The position numbers and the translations under genes were made by a program. This document shows positions 35,718 to 45,037 of a stretch of DNA of 45,786 nucleotides, piece after piece. Below the pieces are notes generated by a model. It was not told where the DNA came from, searched no databases, and was given only the letters and a program-made list of their open reading frames with translations. Source of the stretch: a virus (Duplodnaviria; Caudoviricetes). The stretch spans positions 1-45,786 of the IMG/VR virus record IMGVR_UViG_3300022923_000027; one strand, given 5' to 3'. How positions within the stretch are numbered: position 1 is the stretch's first letter; each line of letters begins with the position of its first letter.

Positions 35718-36275
35718 ATGAACAAGACGATTGGTGGATTATCAAAATTAAATACTCAATACTTTGACCCAGACAAAGACTGTTTTGTTGTGCAAAAAGC
35801 AGTTGATCAAAAATTATATAAAGTACCATTCAATACTTTGATGAAATCAATTTATCCGCATCATGATGATCGAGTATTTGAATGGAATGAAACAAATGAT
35901 ATTTTACTGTCCAAAGTAAATAAATACACACAAGCAGGATACGATTATTTTGATTGCCGCGTGGCGGATATAGACAATTTTGGTTCCAGTCTAGATATTC
36001 CTGAGCCAGCAAAATTTATTTTGCTGAAAATGTCTCAAACAAATCTGGACATTTCAGGCCCAGCGGGATGGGAGCCTATTGGTTCAGGCATAACAGTTTT
36101 TCTGCTAGAAAATATGCAATACCCAAAAGAAAGAATTTTAGATGTCGGCCAAGAGGAATCTATTCCCGACGGGCTCAATCATTTCAATATGACTCCAATC
36201 AATCATGCAAGCTTCAGATGCCTTGAGGGGCAAACTGATTCCCAGAGGATATGGGCTACGGCTTGGAGCTATTAA
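35718..36275 (+). CDS. tail-like paralogue 3
   Basis: FDPDKD.FVVQ, IP.PA..ILL, LENMQYP and AWSY. Confidence 0.65.
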   Translation: MNKTIGGLSKLNTQYFDPDKDCFVVQKAVDQKLYKVPFNTLMKSIYPHHDDRVFEWNETNDILLSKVNKYTQAGYDYFDCRVADIDNFGSSLDIPEPAKFILLKMSQTNLDISGPAGWEPIGSGITVFLLENMQYPKERILDVGQEESIPDGLNHFNMTPINHASFRCLEGQTDSQRIWATAWSY

Positions 36276-36463
36276 CTTTTTTTATTTTTAATTCTTTTTA
36301 TTTCGTCGGGCAATATTTTTGCCACTTTATCGGTTTTATTTTCCATCATCAGTTCTGCTGGAGTTGCGCCATTGAGTTTGGCATTTTCGGTTTTAAGCCA
36401 GCATGTTGATTGATAAGAATTTAAATTTTTACTTAGTGTTTCAAGAATAGACTTTTGTGACAT
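36272..36463 (-). CDS. stand-alone MbcA/ParS/Xre antitoxin C-terminal-like (DUF2384) protein
   Basis: WLKTENAKLNGATPAELM matches the WL..PN..L.G..P.ELL family pattern; 63 aa from the ATG after GTGTAA. Confidence 0.6.
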   Translation of the reverse strand: MSQKSILETLSKNLNSYQSTCWLKTENAKLNGATPAELMMENKTDKVAKILPDEIKRIKNKKS

Positions 36464-36519
36464 GCTATATATTACACATAATTTAATATTTTTTAAGTAA
36501 AGCGGTGTATATATAATGT

Positions 36520-36954
36520 ATGGGGCCGATATTGAATACAATTATAGGAGCCGGAATAAAACTGGCTTGCAACTTAATAAATGCATGGCTGGAGCAAAAG
36601 AGGCAAGATCAATTGGCACTGGCTGCGCGCGATGAAAAAATGCTTGATGCATTGATCGCAAGTCAATCAGAAAACGCGCGAGATCCATTTGTAAAGGTTA
36701 CTCGCAGAATACTCTTCATGAGCATCACTTTTACGATGTGTTTTTTGATGATATATTATGCCATGAATCCCAGCATAACATACAACATCATTGTTCCAAA
36801 AGGAGATGGCGCGAAATTAGGATTTTTTAGTTGGATATTTGGAGGCAAAGACTGGGAGATGGTGCAAATGACTGGCGGGCTGATGCTTGCATCTTTCATG
36901 GATTTATGTTTTATGGTAGTGGGATTTTATGCAATTCCAAGCAAGCGTCGATGA
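36520..36954 (+). CDS. membrane protein, putative holin
   Basis: Two hydrophobic helices, TRR before TM1, GFY near the basic C-terminus. Confidence 0.5.
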   Translation: MGPILNTIIGAGIKLACNLINAWLEQKRQDQLALAARDEKMLDALIASQSENARDPFVKVTRRILFMSITFTMCFLMIYYAMNPSITYNIIVPKGDGAKLGFFSWIFGGKDWEMVQMTGGLMLASFMDLCFMVVGFYAIPSKRR

Positions 36955-37178
36955 GATTTTTAGTGTTGATTTGCTTGCTCTTTTGTTCGTGCTCCAAAAA
37001 GTTTGTACAGAAAACAGAAAAACATGACAAAATAGATTCTCCTACGGTTGATTCTAATGTATTATCTATTGTAAATGAATCACAAAATTATGACTATCTT
37101 GGGCCTTGGATTTGGTTTGGATTGATAATAGGTATTGTTCTTTTTTGTTCGTTTGCTTCTTTGATTTTTAAAAAATGA
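36951..37178 (+). CDS. lipoprotein with C-terminal TM (unimolecular spanin-like)
   Basis: MRFLVLICLLFCSC lipoprotein-like signal; C-terminal WIWFGLIIGIVLFCSFASLIF; ATGA overlap. Confidence 0.45.
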   Translation: MRFLVLICLLFCSCSKKFVQKTEKHDKIDSPTVDSNVLSIVNESQNYDYLGPWIWFGLIIGIVLFCSFASLIFKK

Positions 37179-37765
37179 ATAGTGGACTTGATATATTAAG
37201 CGTGCTGACTGGTATTGTTTCTGCGATAACAGCAGTTGTAGGTATGTGGTTGAAATTAAAGTATGATGAAAAGAAAAGTAAGGAATTTGTGTACGATCCA
37301 AACTGCCATAGCAACATAGTCTCTGCATTAAATTATGTTCTTGATGAGGCACAGGCGGATCGAGTATATATTCTTGAATTTCACAACGGTGAGCATTATT
37401 TTTCTGGAAGAAGTCAGCAAAAATTAAGCTGCACTTACGAGGTGGTCAGTGAAGGCATCAGCTCTGAGTGTCAAAGACTTCAAAACATCAGAACATCGAA
37501 TTTTCATGGATTGATCGAAACCATCGCAAGAGAACAAACGTTCAAGTGCCCAAAGTCAGAAGAATATAAGCAAGATATAGGTTTTAAATCATTTCTTCAA
37601 CAAAAGGGTGTAAAAAGTTTCTTTGCTCGACCCATAAAAACATTGAACGGAAAAATTCTTGGCATCATCTGTTTGGAGTATGTAAAAGAAAACAGAGTTT
37701 GGGGAGAAGAAGCTGAAGAGTTTACAAAAAAACAATCGCGTGTTATAAGTGGTTATTTGATATAA
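37175..37765 (+). CDS. N-terminal TM plus GAF-like domain protein (T4 holin T-like architecture)
   Basis: Single TM, then ADRVYILEFHNG...G.KS....PI......ILGIICLEY GAF pattern. Confidence 0.55.
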   Translation: MNSGLDILSVLTGIVSAITAVVGMWLKLKYDEKKSKEFVYDPNCHSNIVSALNYVLDEAQADRVYILEFHNGEHYFSGRSQQKLSCTYEVVSEGISSECQRLQNIRTSNFHGLIETIAREQTFKCPKSEEYKQDIGFKSFLQQKGVKSFFARPIKTLNGKILGIICLEYVKENRVWGEEAEEFTKKQSRVISGYLI

Positions 37766-37792
37766 TTATTTTTTAGGCTATAATATATCATT

Positions 37793-38164
37793 ATGGCTTT
37801 CTCTTATTGTCCTCATTGTGGCTTCAAAAATATGTACTCTTTACAGGCACCAAAATTTTGCGGTGGTTGTGGCGAGAGTTTGAACATATTATCTGCAGCA
37901 AAACAACCAACCACTGTTACAACAAAAACGCCCGCGAGAAAATTAAGATCTCGCCCAGTCCAAGATGAAGATTCATATGATCCTGATGGCTCAGATGTTT
38001 ATGAAGTTCCGAATATATCGAAATTGTCATACAGTATCGAGCAGGATAAAAACAAATTTAGCTTGAAAGATATAATTCCTTTGGAGGAGTTGGATCCAGA
38101 AGCAGAACCCGAAAAACCCACACCAAAAAAAGCAAAGAAACGTGGAAGACCAAGAAAGTCCTAA
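37793..38164 (+). CDS. zinc-ribbon protein
   Basis: YCPHCG...PKFCGGCG; C-terminal KRGRPRK AT-hook-like motif. Confidence 0.7.
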   Translation: MAFSYCPHCGFKNMYSLQAPKFCGGCGESLNILSAAKQPTTVTTKTPARKLRSRPVQDEDSYDPDGSDVYEVPNISKLSYSIEQDKNKFSLKDIIPLEELDPEAEPEKPTPKKAKKRGRPRKS

Positions 38165-38885
38165 ATTCACATACGAGGACAAGTCCGACGAGATTGACTT
38201 AGAGGTAAGAAAGCGCAGGGGAAAATGGTTCTTGGATTCTCTTGCCTGGTTTGATTTTGAGGATGTTGAACAAATCATAAAAGCTCACATCTACAAAAAA
38301 TGGGATCAATGGGACCAAAGAAGATCCTTGAAGCCATGGATCAATAAAATCATCACCAATCAGATGAAAAATATCTTGCGCAACAATTATAGCAATTTCG
38401 TGAGACCCTGCCTCAACTGCCCATTTAATCAATCTTGTGCCACAAAAGATGGAGGAGAATCTTCTCTGTGCGGCTTCACCAAAAGTGGGCTGCAAGACTC
38501 GAGTTGCCCTTTATATGCAAAATGGGAGCGCACCAAAAAACCTGCCTATGGAATCAAGATGGCTTTGGCTTTAGAAAATCATACGCACGAAGTTGGAGCC
38601 ATGCAAGATCACAATTTCGACATCATTGAATCACACAAAAAATTAAATGAACACATGCAAAAAGAATTATCTGCAAAACAGTATCAGGTATATGAACTTT
38701 TATTTGTTGAGCATATGGATGAAGAAGAGGTTGCAAAGAGAATGGGCTACAAGACCAGCGAGAAAGGCAGAAAAGCTGGTTACAAGCAAATCAAAAACTT
38801 AAAGAAAATTTTTAAACAAAAAGCTCAAGAAATTTTAAAAACACAAGATGTAATCGCTGTAAGAGGGGTTCCGCCATGGAGTTAA
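38142..38885 (+). CDS. phage sigma70/ECF-like sigma factor with Cys-rich insert
   Basis: Region 2 (FEDVEQ...KKWDQWD...LKPWINKIITNQMKNILR) and region 4 (LSAKQYQVY...MDEEEVAKRMG); CLNC...C...C...C insert. Confidence 0.75.
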   Translation: MEDQESPKFTYEDKSDEIDLEVRKRRGKWFLDSLAWFDFEDVEQIIKAHIYKKWDQWDQRRSLKPWINKIITNQMKNILRNNYSNFVRPCLNCPFNQSCATKDGGESSLCGFTKSGLQDSSCPLYAKWERTKKPAYGIKMALALENHTHEVGAMQDHNFDIIESHKKLNEHMQKELSAKQYQVYELLFVEHMDEEEVAKRMGYKTSEKGRKAGYKQIKNLKKIFKQKAQEILKTQDVIAVRGVPPWS

Positions 38886-39928
38886 CAAAAGAACAAAAAC
38901 AAATTCTCCGCGAAAACGCAAGAGACATAACCGATTTAACCGAGCTGACAAGGCTAGCATTTCCTGACGCAGAAAAGGTCGACGGAAGAAGCAAGCAGGG
39001 CAGGGCGGTTAGAGAATTTTTGCTAAGCAATGAAATAGAATATGAAACCAAGCACATTTACCCCAAGGATAATATTGAACTAACTCAAGATCAAAAAGAT
39101 TTCGTGGATGAGTCCGTGTCCAACGGAATGACTTGCGCACAGGTGGCTTCGGTGCTTTTTCCTGAAGCCAGAATCACCCATACATCCAAAGAGTATCAAG
39201 CTGTGTTTGAATATGTTGATGCGAACGATTCAATCAAGACTCCTCCTTCAGAAGATGCAATAAACAGAAGATATTCTCCCCCAAAAGCTGCAAGCAAAAT
39301 CATCAAAAAAATAAATGATTCTGCACAAACAAACATCAACGAAGATAAGTTGAGCATGTCCGAGAGAAAGGGAATTGAATCTCTTGGAGGCTTTCTCGCA
39401 TCTCCGCGATTCATTCAAGTGATCAATACTTACGATAGTCAGGCTGATCGAGATCTATTTGAGGCAGAATTTGTTCGTGCAACCTGGGACAAACCAGATT
39501 TAACAAGTGATGAAATTAATTTATATATCAATGTATGTATGGATTATATTCATTTAAAAAATATTCAAAGTGCAATCAATAAATTAAATAGAATGTTTGA
39601 TGAAGCAGAAGATCAGCAAGATCTAACTGTTCGATTGGCAGAACTATTAAAAACAAAAAGCGAAGAATACAATCAATGCGAAAAACGTATGGAATCACTT
39701 ATCCAAAAACTTCAAGGTGACCGATCAAAAAGAATCAACAGTAAACAGCAACAAAATGCAAGTATATTATCATTGGTTCAATTGTTTCAAGAAGAAGAAG
39801 AGCGGGAGGTCATGGTCAAGATTGCTCAAATGCAAAAACAAGCTGCAAGCGAAGAAGCAGATCGATTAGAGTCTATGCCAGATTGGAAGGCCAGAGTATT
39901 GGGAATTTCTAAAGAAGATGTCGTGTGA
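38876..39928 (+). CDS. conserved hypothetical protein, helical/coiled-coil
   Basis: 350-aa ORF in the operon leading to terminase; possible TerS by position only. Confidence 0.6.
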   Translation: MELTKEQKQILRENARDITDLTELTRLAFPDAEKVDGRSKQGRAVREFLLSNEIEYETKHIYPKDNIELTQDQKDFVDESVSNGMTCAQVASVLFPEARITHTSKEYQAVFEYVDANDSIKTPPSEDAINRRYSPPKAASKIIKKINDSAQTNINEDKLSMSERKGIESLGGFLASPRFIQVINTYDSQADRDLFEAEFVRATWDKPDLTSDEINLYINVCMDYIHLKNIQSAINKLNRMFDEAEDQQDLTVRLAELLKTKSEEYNQCEKRMESLIQKLQGDRSKRINSKQQQNASILSLVQLFQEEEEREVMVKIAQMQKQAASEEADRLESMPDWKARVLGISKEDVV

Positions 39929-40601
39929 GCGGAAAGTATTCAAGGGTCAGTATTTTAAATCGCCCACGCAAGAAAACTCGGAATCCAAGTTTTACGGTAA
40001 AAACGCTTTAGGATTTTCTTGGCGAGCAGGTCAAGAAGAATTTTCCATAGAAATCGACTCTTGCACAATCGACGGCAAGGGAGTCGCGGAAGGATTAAAA
40101 TTATCTTGCTGTAGAAATGTAAAGGTATTGAACTCAATCATCATCGGAGGCTACGAAGATTGCGTTGATATTGTGCGTGGAGAAAATATAGAATTTATAA
40201 ATTGCACATTCATTTCTAGCGGCAAAACAAAACAGCATATAACCTGTAAAGGTGGCGCGAAAAACATTTCTTTTGTTCGATGCAAATTCGTTGGTTCGTT
40301 TAGAAATTTTTGGGATGGAGCCTGCATTGATTTAGGAAACTGGACTGATTATGATGATGCCAAGAGACCAAGGGTTAGAAACATAAAAATTGAAGATTGT
40401 CAGATGAATAATGTGTTGTACCCCGTTTTATATAGAAGATTATATTCTGAGACTCCAGTGGTCGAGCGTACGCGTGGGTTTGGTTTGAAGATTCCAAGAT
40501 TTTTTGTGGCTGCATTTTGGTTTCTTCAGAGAAAAGGTTTGATTGGAGAAAGAAGAAGATTTCACTCTAGCGGTTTAAAGATTTTAGATTTCGAGAAATG
40601 A
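39918..40601 (+). CDS. right-handed beta-helix (pectin-lyase-like) protein
   Basis: Repeats of NV.V.N..I, EDCVDI..G.NI.F.NC.F and NI.F..C.F. Confidence 0.65.
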   Translation: MSCERKVFKGQYFKSPTQENSESKFYGKNALGFSWRAGQEEFSIEIDSCTIDGKGVAEGLKLSCCRNVKVLNSIIIGGYEDCVDIVRGENIEFINCTFISSGKTKQHITCKGGAKNISFVRCKFVGSFRNFWDGACIDLGNWTDYDDAKRPRVRNIKIEDCQMNNVLYPVLYRRLYSETPVVERTRGFGLKIPRFFVAAFWFLQRKGLIGERRRFHSSGLKILDFEK

Positions 40602-41515
40602 ACGTTTGTAAAATATGCTCTCAAGAATTTGAAAGCGAAAAGAAGCTTCACATGCATCTTCGCTCTCACAAGGTAACTCTTGCGGAATATTATGTAGAAC
40701 ATTATCCAAGAAAAAATTTATATACAGGTGAGCCATTACCTTTTAAAAATAAAGATCAATATTTCGGTAAGGATTTTTCTACCCGAGATCAATTATTAAA
40801 ATGGTGCGATTCAGAAAGCGATGAAGTTGTATCTGCTTATATAATCGATTTACTGAAAAAGAGAGTTGATCAAAAAAATTTGAGTCTTGCTCCTTCGCAT
40901 CTGGAATTAAAGATCAATGAACTTCCAACCGTAGATATTTATCAAAAACATTTTGGTTCATACACTGCGGCTTGCCATCAGGCAGGAGTCAAACCCATGT
41001 TTGGATCTCAGCTTCCATCCGCTTGGAATGACCCTGTGCCTCAAGATGTCAAGATATTTATTGACACACGCGAACAGCAGCCTCTTGAATTTAAAAATTC
41101 AGAATCTCTCAAACTTGACTTTGGGGATTATGCTGTAGGCTCAAAGCATTATGATTATACTTATGTGGATCGAAAAAGCGAACAAGACTTTAAATCGACT
41201 TTGAGCAAAAACAATTATGAAAGATTCCGCGAAGAACTTAAAAGGACTAGAGATTTTGATAGCTACCTTTTTGTGGTCACAGAGGGAAGTACATCAAGCA
41301 TCGAGAGAAGCAATCGCTGGGCCCCACACATGTCAAACATGAAATATATTTATCACAACATGAGGGTGTTGGCTCACGAGTTTGCTGGCTCGTGTCAGTT
41401 CATATTCACAGGAAGTCGAGAAGAGTCTGAACGCTTGATTCCAAAAATATTAACTCTTGGCAGAAAACTTTGGAACGTAGACTTACAATATTACATCGAC
41501 AACAAAAAAATATAA
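40598..41515 (+). CDS. C2H2 zinc finger plus ERCC4/XPF-like nuclease
   Basis: CKIC...LHMHLRSH; IDTREQQP, GDY, DRKS..DF...R...E..R. Confidence 0.8.
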   Translation: MNVCKICSQEFESEKKLHMHLRSHKVTLAEYYVEHYPRKNLYTGEPLPFKNKDQYFGKDFSTRDQLLKWCDSESDEVVSAYIIDLLKKRVDQKNLSLAPSHLELKINELPTVDIYQKHFGSYTAACHQAGVKPMFGSQLPSAWNDPVPQDVKIFIDTREQQPLEFKNSESLKLDFGDYAVGSKHYDYTYVDRKSEQDFKSTLSKNNYERFREELKRTRDFDSYLFVVTEGSTSSIERSNRWAPHMSNMKYIYHNMRVLAHEFAGSCQFIFTGSREESERLIPKILTLGRKLWNVDLQYYIDNKKI

Positions 41516-43386
41516 TGGCTTGGGAAACAGGAAATCAATTATCTAGAAAAACCGAAAAAGACTTCAATGAAGAACTTCTCAAGCTTGAGGGCTTTATAGA
41601 AGAAAAAGAGGCTAAAATTTTGTTGTATAAATTTCTGCGAGAGAATATAACTTTCTCGGCAGATTTAATCAGTGGAGTCAAGCTTTTTCCTTTCCAGCAT
41701 ATGGCCATCAAGTCAATGTTCACAACTGATTATTTTATGGGCGTATGGAGTCGAGGAATGAGTAAGTCATTTACCACGGCAATTTATGCATATATGGATG
41801 CAATATTAAACCAGGGAGTTGAGATCGGAATTCTATCAAAATCATTTCGTCAAGCAAAAATGATATTCAAAAAGATAGAGGATATAGCTTCCAAGCCTGG
41901 CGCACTTTACTTGAATCAATGCATAACTCACAAATCAAAAAGTAATGATGAATGGTTGCTGGAAATTGGAAGCAGTCGAATTCGCGCATTGCCTTTGGGC
42001 GACGGTGAAAAGCTTCGTGGTTTTCGTTTTCACAGAATCATTATTGACGAGTTCGCACTGATGCCCGAGCGAATCTACAATGAGGTTATCATTCCGTTCT
42101 TGAGTGTAGTTGAGAATCCCACTCAAAGAGAAGAGCTTTACAATCTTGAAACAGAATTGATTGCCAAAGGGGAAATGAAAGAAGAGGATCGTCATGTGTG
42201 GCCAAACAATAAATTGATTGCTTTATCATCTGCAAGTTATAAATTTGAATATATGTATAAAGCTTATGAGCAATTTGAGGAATTGATTAGAACAGGAAGC
42301 ACCAAACAAACAGACGCAAACAGAATCATCATGCAATTTAGCTATGATTGTGCGCCAAAACAATTGTACGACAAAAATTTGCTTGATCAGGCCAAGTCCA
42401 CAATGAGTCAAAGTCAGTTTGATCGAGAGTTTGGTTCAATATTCACAGACGATAGCAGTGGTTATTTCAAGACCTCCAAAATGGCCGCTTGCACATTAAA
42501 AGATGGAGAAAGTCCGAGCATCGAAGTGGCTGGAGATGTTAAAGAAAAATATATTCTTGCATTTGACCCAAGTTGGGCAGAAAATGAAAGCAGTGATGAT
42601 TTCGCAATGATACTTTTAAAATTGAATGACGACAAAAAAATAGGAACTGTTGTTCACAGTTATGCATTAAGTGGAGCAAATTTAAAACAACACATATTTT
42701 ATTTTCATTATTTGTTGAGTAATTTTAATGTTGTATCTATCATTGGTGACTATAATGGTGGTGTTCAGTTTATCAATGCTGCAAATGAAAGTAGTTTGTT
42801 TAAGAAACATAACATAAACATAAAATGCTTGAACACAAATTTTGATGATCTAGAAAATTATCAACAAAAACTAACCGAAGGAAAAAAAGAATACAATCTA
42901 AAAGACAAAACAATTTGCTATCTGCGAAAACCAACAAGTCAATGGATACGATTAGCCAACGAATTGTTGCAGGCAAATTTTGATCACAAAAGAATCTACT
43001 TCGCAAGTCGCGCGATTGATGATTCATACAACGAACAACGCAACAAAAAAATACCCATTCAAGACATAAAGTTTTTGAGAACCTCCCAAAGTTTAGAGCG
43101 TCAAACAAATGCTGCAAAAATGATCGACTTTGTGGAGCATCAATTTGATATGCTCAATTTAATGAAAACAGAATGCTCCTTGATTCAGATAACAACCTCT
43201 GCTAGTGGCACTCAGAATTTTGATTTGCCGCCAAGTTTAAAACGGCAAACTGGACCCGAAAAAGCAAGAAAAGACTCGTACTCCGCATTGGTGCTTGGAA
43301 ATTGGATGGTAAAACTTTATTATGATATGATGAATGTAAAGGTGGAAAATGTAAATTATACTTTTACTCCCATGTTTATAAACTAA
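41515..43386 (+). CDS. terL: terminase large subunit
   Basis: LFPFQ Q-motif, Walker A SRGMSKS, LRG.R, Walker B IIIDEF, motif III LSSA, RNase H LAFDPS and KDSYSA; start at TAATG overlap. Confidence 0.88.
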   Translation: MAWETGNQLSRKTEKDFNEELLKLEGFIEEKEAKILLYKFLRENITFSADLISGVKLFPFQHMAIKSMFTTDYFMGVWSRGMSKSFTTAIYAYMDAILNQGVEIGILSKSFRQAKMIFKKIEDIASKPGALYLNQCITHKSKSNDEWLLEIGSSRIRALPLGDGEKLRGFRFHRIIIDEFALMPERIYNEVIIPFLSVVENPTQREELYNLETELIAKGEMKEEDRHVWPNNKLIALSSASYKFEYMYKAYEQFEELIRTGSTKQTDANRIIMQFSYDCAPKQLYDKNLLDQAKSTMSQSQFDREFGSIFTDDSSGYFKTSKMAACTLKDGESPSIEVAGDVKEKYILAFDPSWAENESSDDFAMILLKLNDDKKIGTVVHSYALSGANLKQHIFYFHYLLSNFNVVSIIGDYNGGVQFINAANESSLFKKHNINIKCLNTNFDDLENYQQKLTEGKKEYNLKDKTICYLRKPTSQWIRLANELLQANFDHKRIYFASRAIDDSYNEQRNKKIPIQDIKFLRTSQSLERQTNAAKMIDFVEHQFDMLNLMKTECSLIQITTSASGTQNFDLPPSLKRQTGPEKARKDSYSALVLGNWMVKLYYDMMNVKVENVNYTFTPMFIN

Positions 43387-43403
43387 GTGTAACATTTACA
43401 TAA

Positions 43404-45017
43404 ATGTCTAAACAATATAAATATACAACAACATTTGACAGCGTAGTTTTTGCTTCAAGCGACATTGAAGAGTCGAACATCAGCAAAGCTTCTCTGGAAT
43501 CACTACGACCATTGATCCCTCAAGATATTGATCTTGATCGAAACATTGACCTGCTTGGTGTCGCATTCAATGCGGCGGTAGTAAATAAATTTAACAAAAA
43601 TGGAGACGGCATTGCCAGCGAGGCAGCCGTGGCAATCAAAGACTACTTCGTTCACAAACCAACCAACATTGAGCATGATCGAGACAGAATTGTTGGTCAC
43701 ATTGTTTCTGCTGGATTCTCTAGATATGGAGATTCTTCTGAATTGATTTCTGATGATGAAGCCTTGATCACTGAAGGAGCATACAATATAGCGTTGGCCG
43801 CAGTGGTCTACAAAACTGCCAGCAAAGAATTTGCAGATCTAGTGATGAACTCGACCGATCCAGAGAGCGATTATTATCAAACCGTTTCCACAAGTTGGGA
43901 AGTTGGTTTTAATGATTATGTGATATCTGTCGGCGGAGATGATCTGCATGAATCTTCGATCATATCTGATCCCCAAGAAATCGAAGCATACTCTCCGTAT
44001 TTAAAATCTTTAGGAGGAAAAGGTCAACTTCAAGATGGCCGCAAGGTTAATCGATTGATTGTTGGTGAGATTTATCCACTGGGAATTGGATTCACCTCCA
44101 ACCCCGCTGCTGACGTTAAAGGTTTGATTGCAGACAAAAAAGAAGTCGAGCAAAAAGCTTCAAGCAGAAATCAACCAATCGACAAGATCATAACAAAAAG
44201 CAAAAAAACTTCCCATTCCTCTCAAGAAAATGTACTAAACAAAGAACCTAATAATAATATTATGGACAAAGACACAATAATAAATGAATTCCGAGCAGCT
44301 TTAGACGAAAAGCTTGGCAACCAAGATTTCTCTGAAGAGAGCGTCGCAAGCATCTCTAAAGTGTTTATCGAGGCTATCCGCGAGAAAGGCGAACAATACG
44401 TTGCTGATCTTGAAAAGGCTAAAGCTGAAAAAGAAGAAGCTGTTCAGGCTCAAAATTCTCTTCAAGAGAAAATGGGTGAAGTGGAGCAGCAACTACAATC
44501 GACTCAAGAAAAGCTTTCAGCTCTCGAACAAGAGAATGCTGCTCGCGAATCTGAAGTTCGTTTCAATGCCCGCATGGAGTTGTTGAACGAAATCTATGAC
44601 CTTGATGAAGAAGATTCCAAGATCGTAGCATCTGAACTTGCTAGCCTCGACGAAACCGAAGAAAGTTTTGCTGGTTACCAAGAAAAGCTTGCTAAAGTTT
44701 GGAAACACAAAAACAAAGAATTTATCGCTGCCGAGCAAAAGGCATTCGAAGAGCGTGTGGCTGCAGAAGTTGCAAAGCGCCTCGAAACAGTCGAAGCTGC
44801 GACAGAAGAAAAAACAGAAGAAGTTGAAGTTGCACAAGCATCCGAAACTCAAGAAGAAGTTGTTGAAGAGACCTCTGATGAAGTTTCCGAAGCTCTTGAC
44901 GCTCTTGAAGTTGAAGAGGCTGCGGTGATCAACAACAACGAGAGTTCTTCCGAGGGAGATTCTCTTCGCGATCGTTTCGCAAAAACTTTCAAAGATTCTG
45001 TTAAAATTTCATACTAA
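43404..45017 (+). CDS. prohead protease fused to coiled-coil scaffold
   Basis: NKNGD, NIEHD...IVG, SWEV catalytic Ser, FTSNPAA; long acidic coiled-coil C-terminus. Confidence 0.75.
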   Translation: MSKQYKYTTTFDSVVFASSDIEESNISKASLESLRPLIPQDIDLDRNIDLLGVAFNAAVVNKFNKNGDGIASEAAVAIKDYFVHKPTNIEHDRDRIVGHIVSAGFSRYGDSSELISDDEALITEGAYNIALAAVVYKTASKEFADLVMNSTDPESDYYQTVSTSWEVGFNDYVISVGGDDLHESSIISDPQEIEAYSPYLKSLGGKGQLQDGRKVNRLIVGEIYPLGIGFTSNPAADVKGLIADKKEVEQKASSRNQPIDKIITKSKKTSHSSQENVLNKEPNNNIMDKDTIINEFRAALDEKLGNQDFSEESVASISKVFIEAIREKGEQYVADLEKAKAEKEEAVQAQNSLQEKMGEVEQQLQSTQEKLSALEQENAARESEVRFNARMELLNEIYDLDEEDSKIVASELASLDETEESFAGYQEKLAKVWKHKNKEFIAAEQKAFEERVAAEVAKRLETVEAATEEKTEEVEVAQASETQEEVVEETSDEVSEALDALEVEEAAVINNNESSSEGDSLRDRFAKTFKDSVKISY

Positions 45018-45037
45018 TATATAGAAAGAAAAAAATT

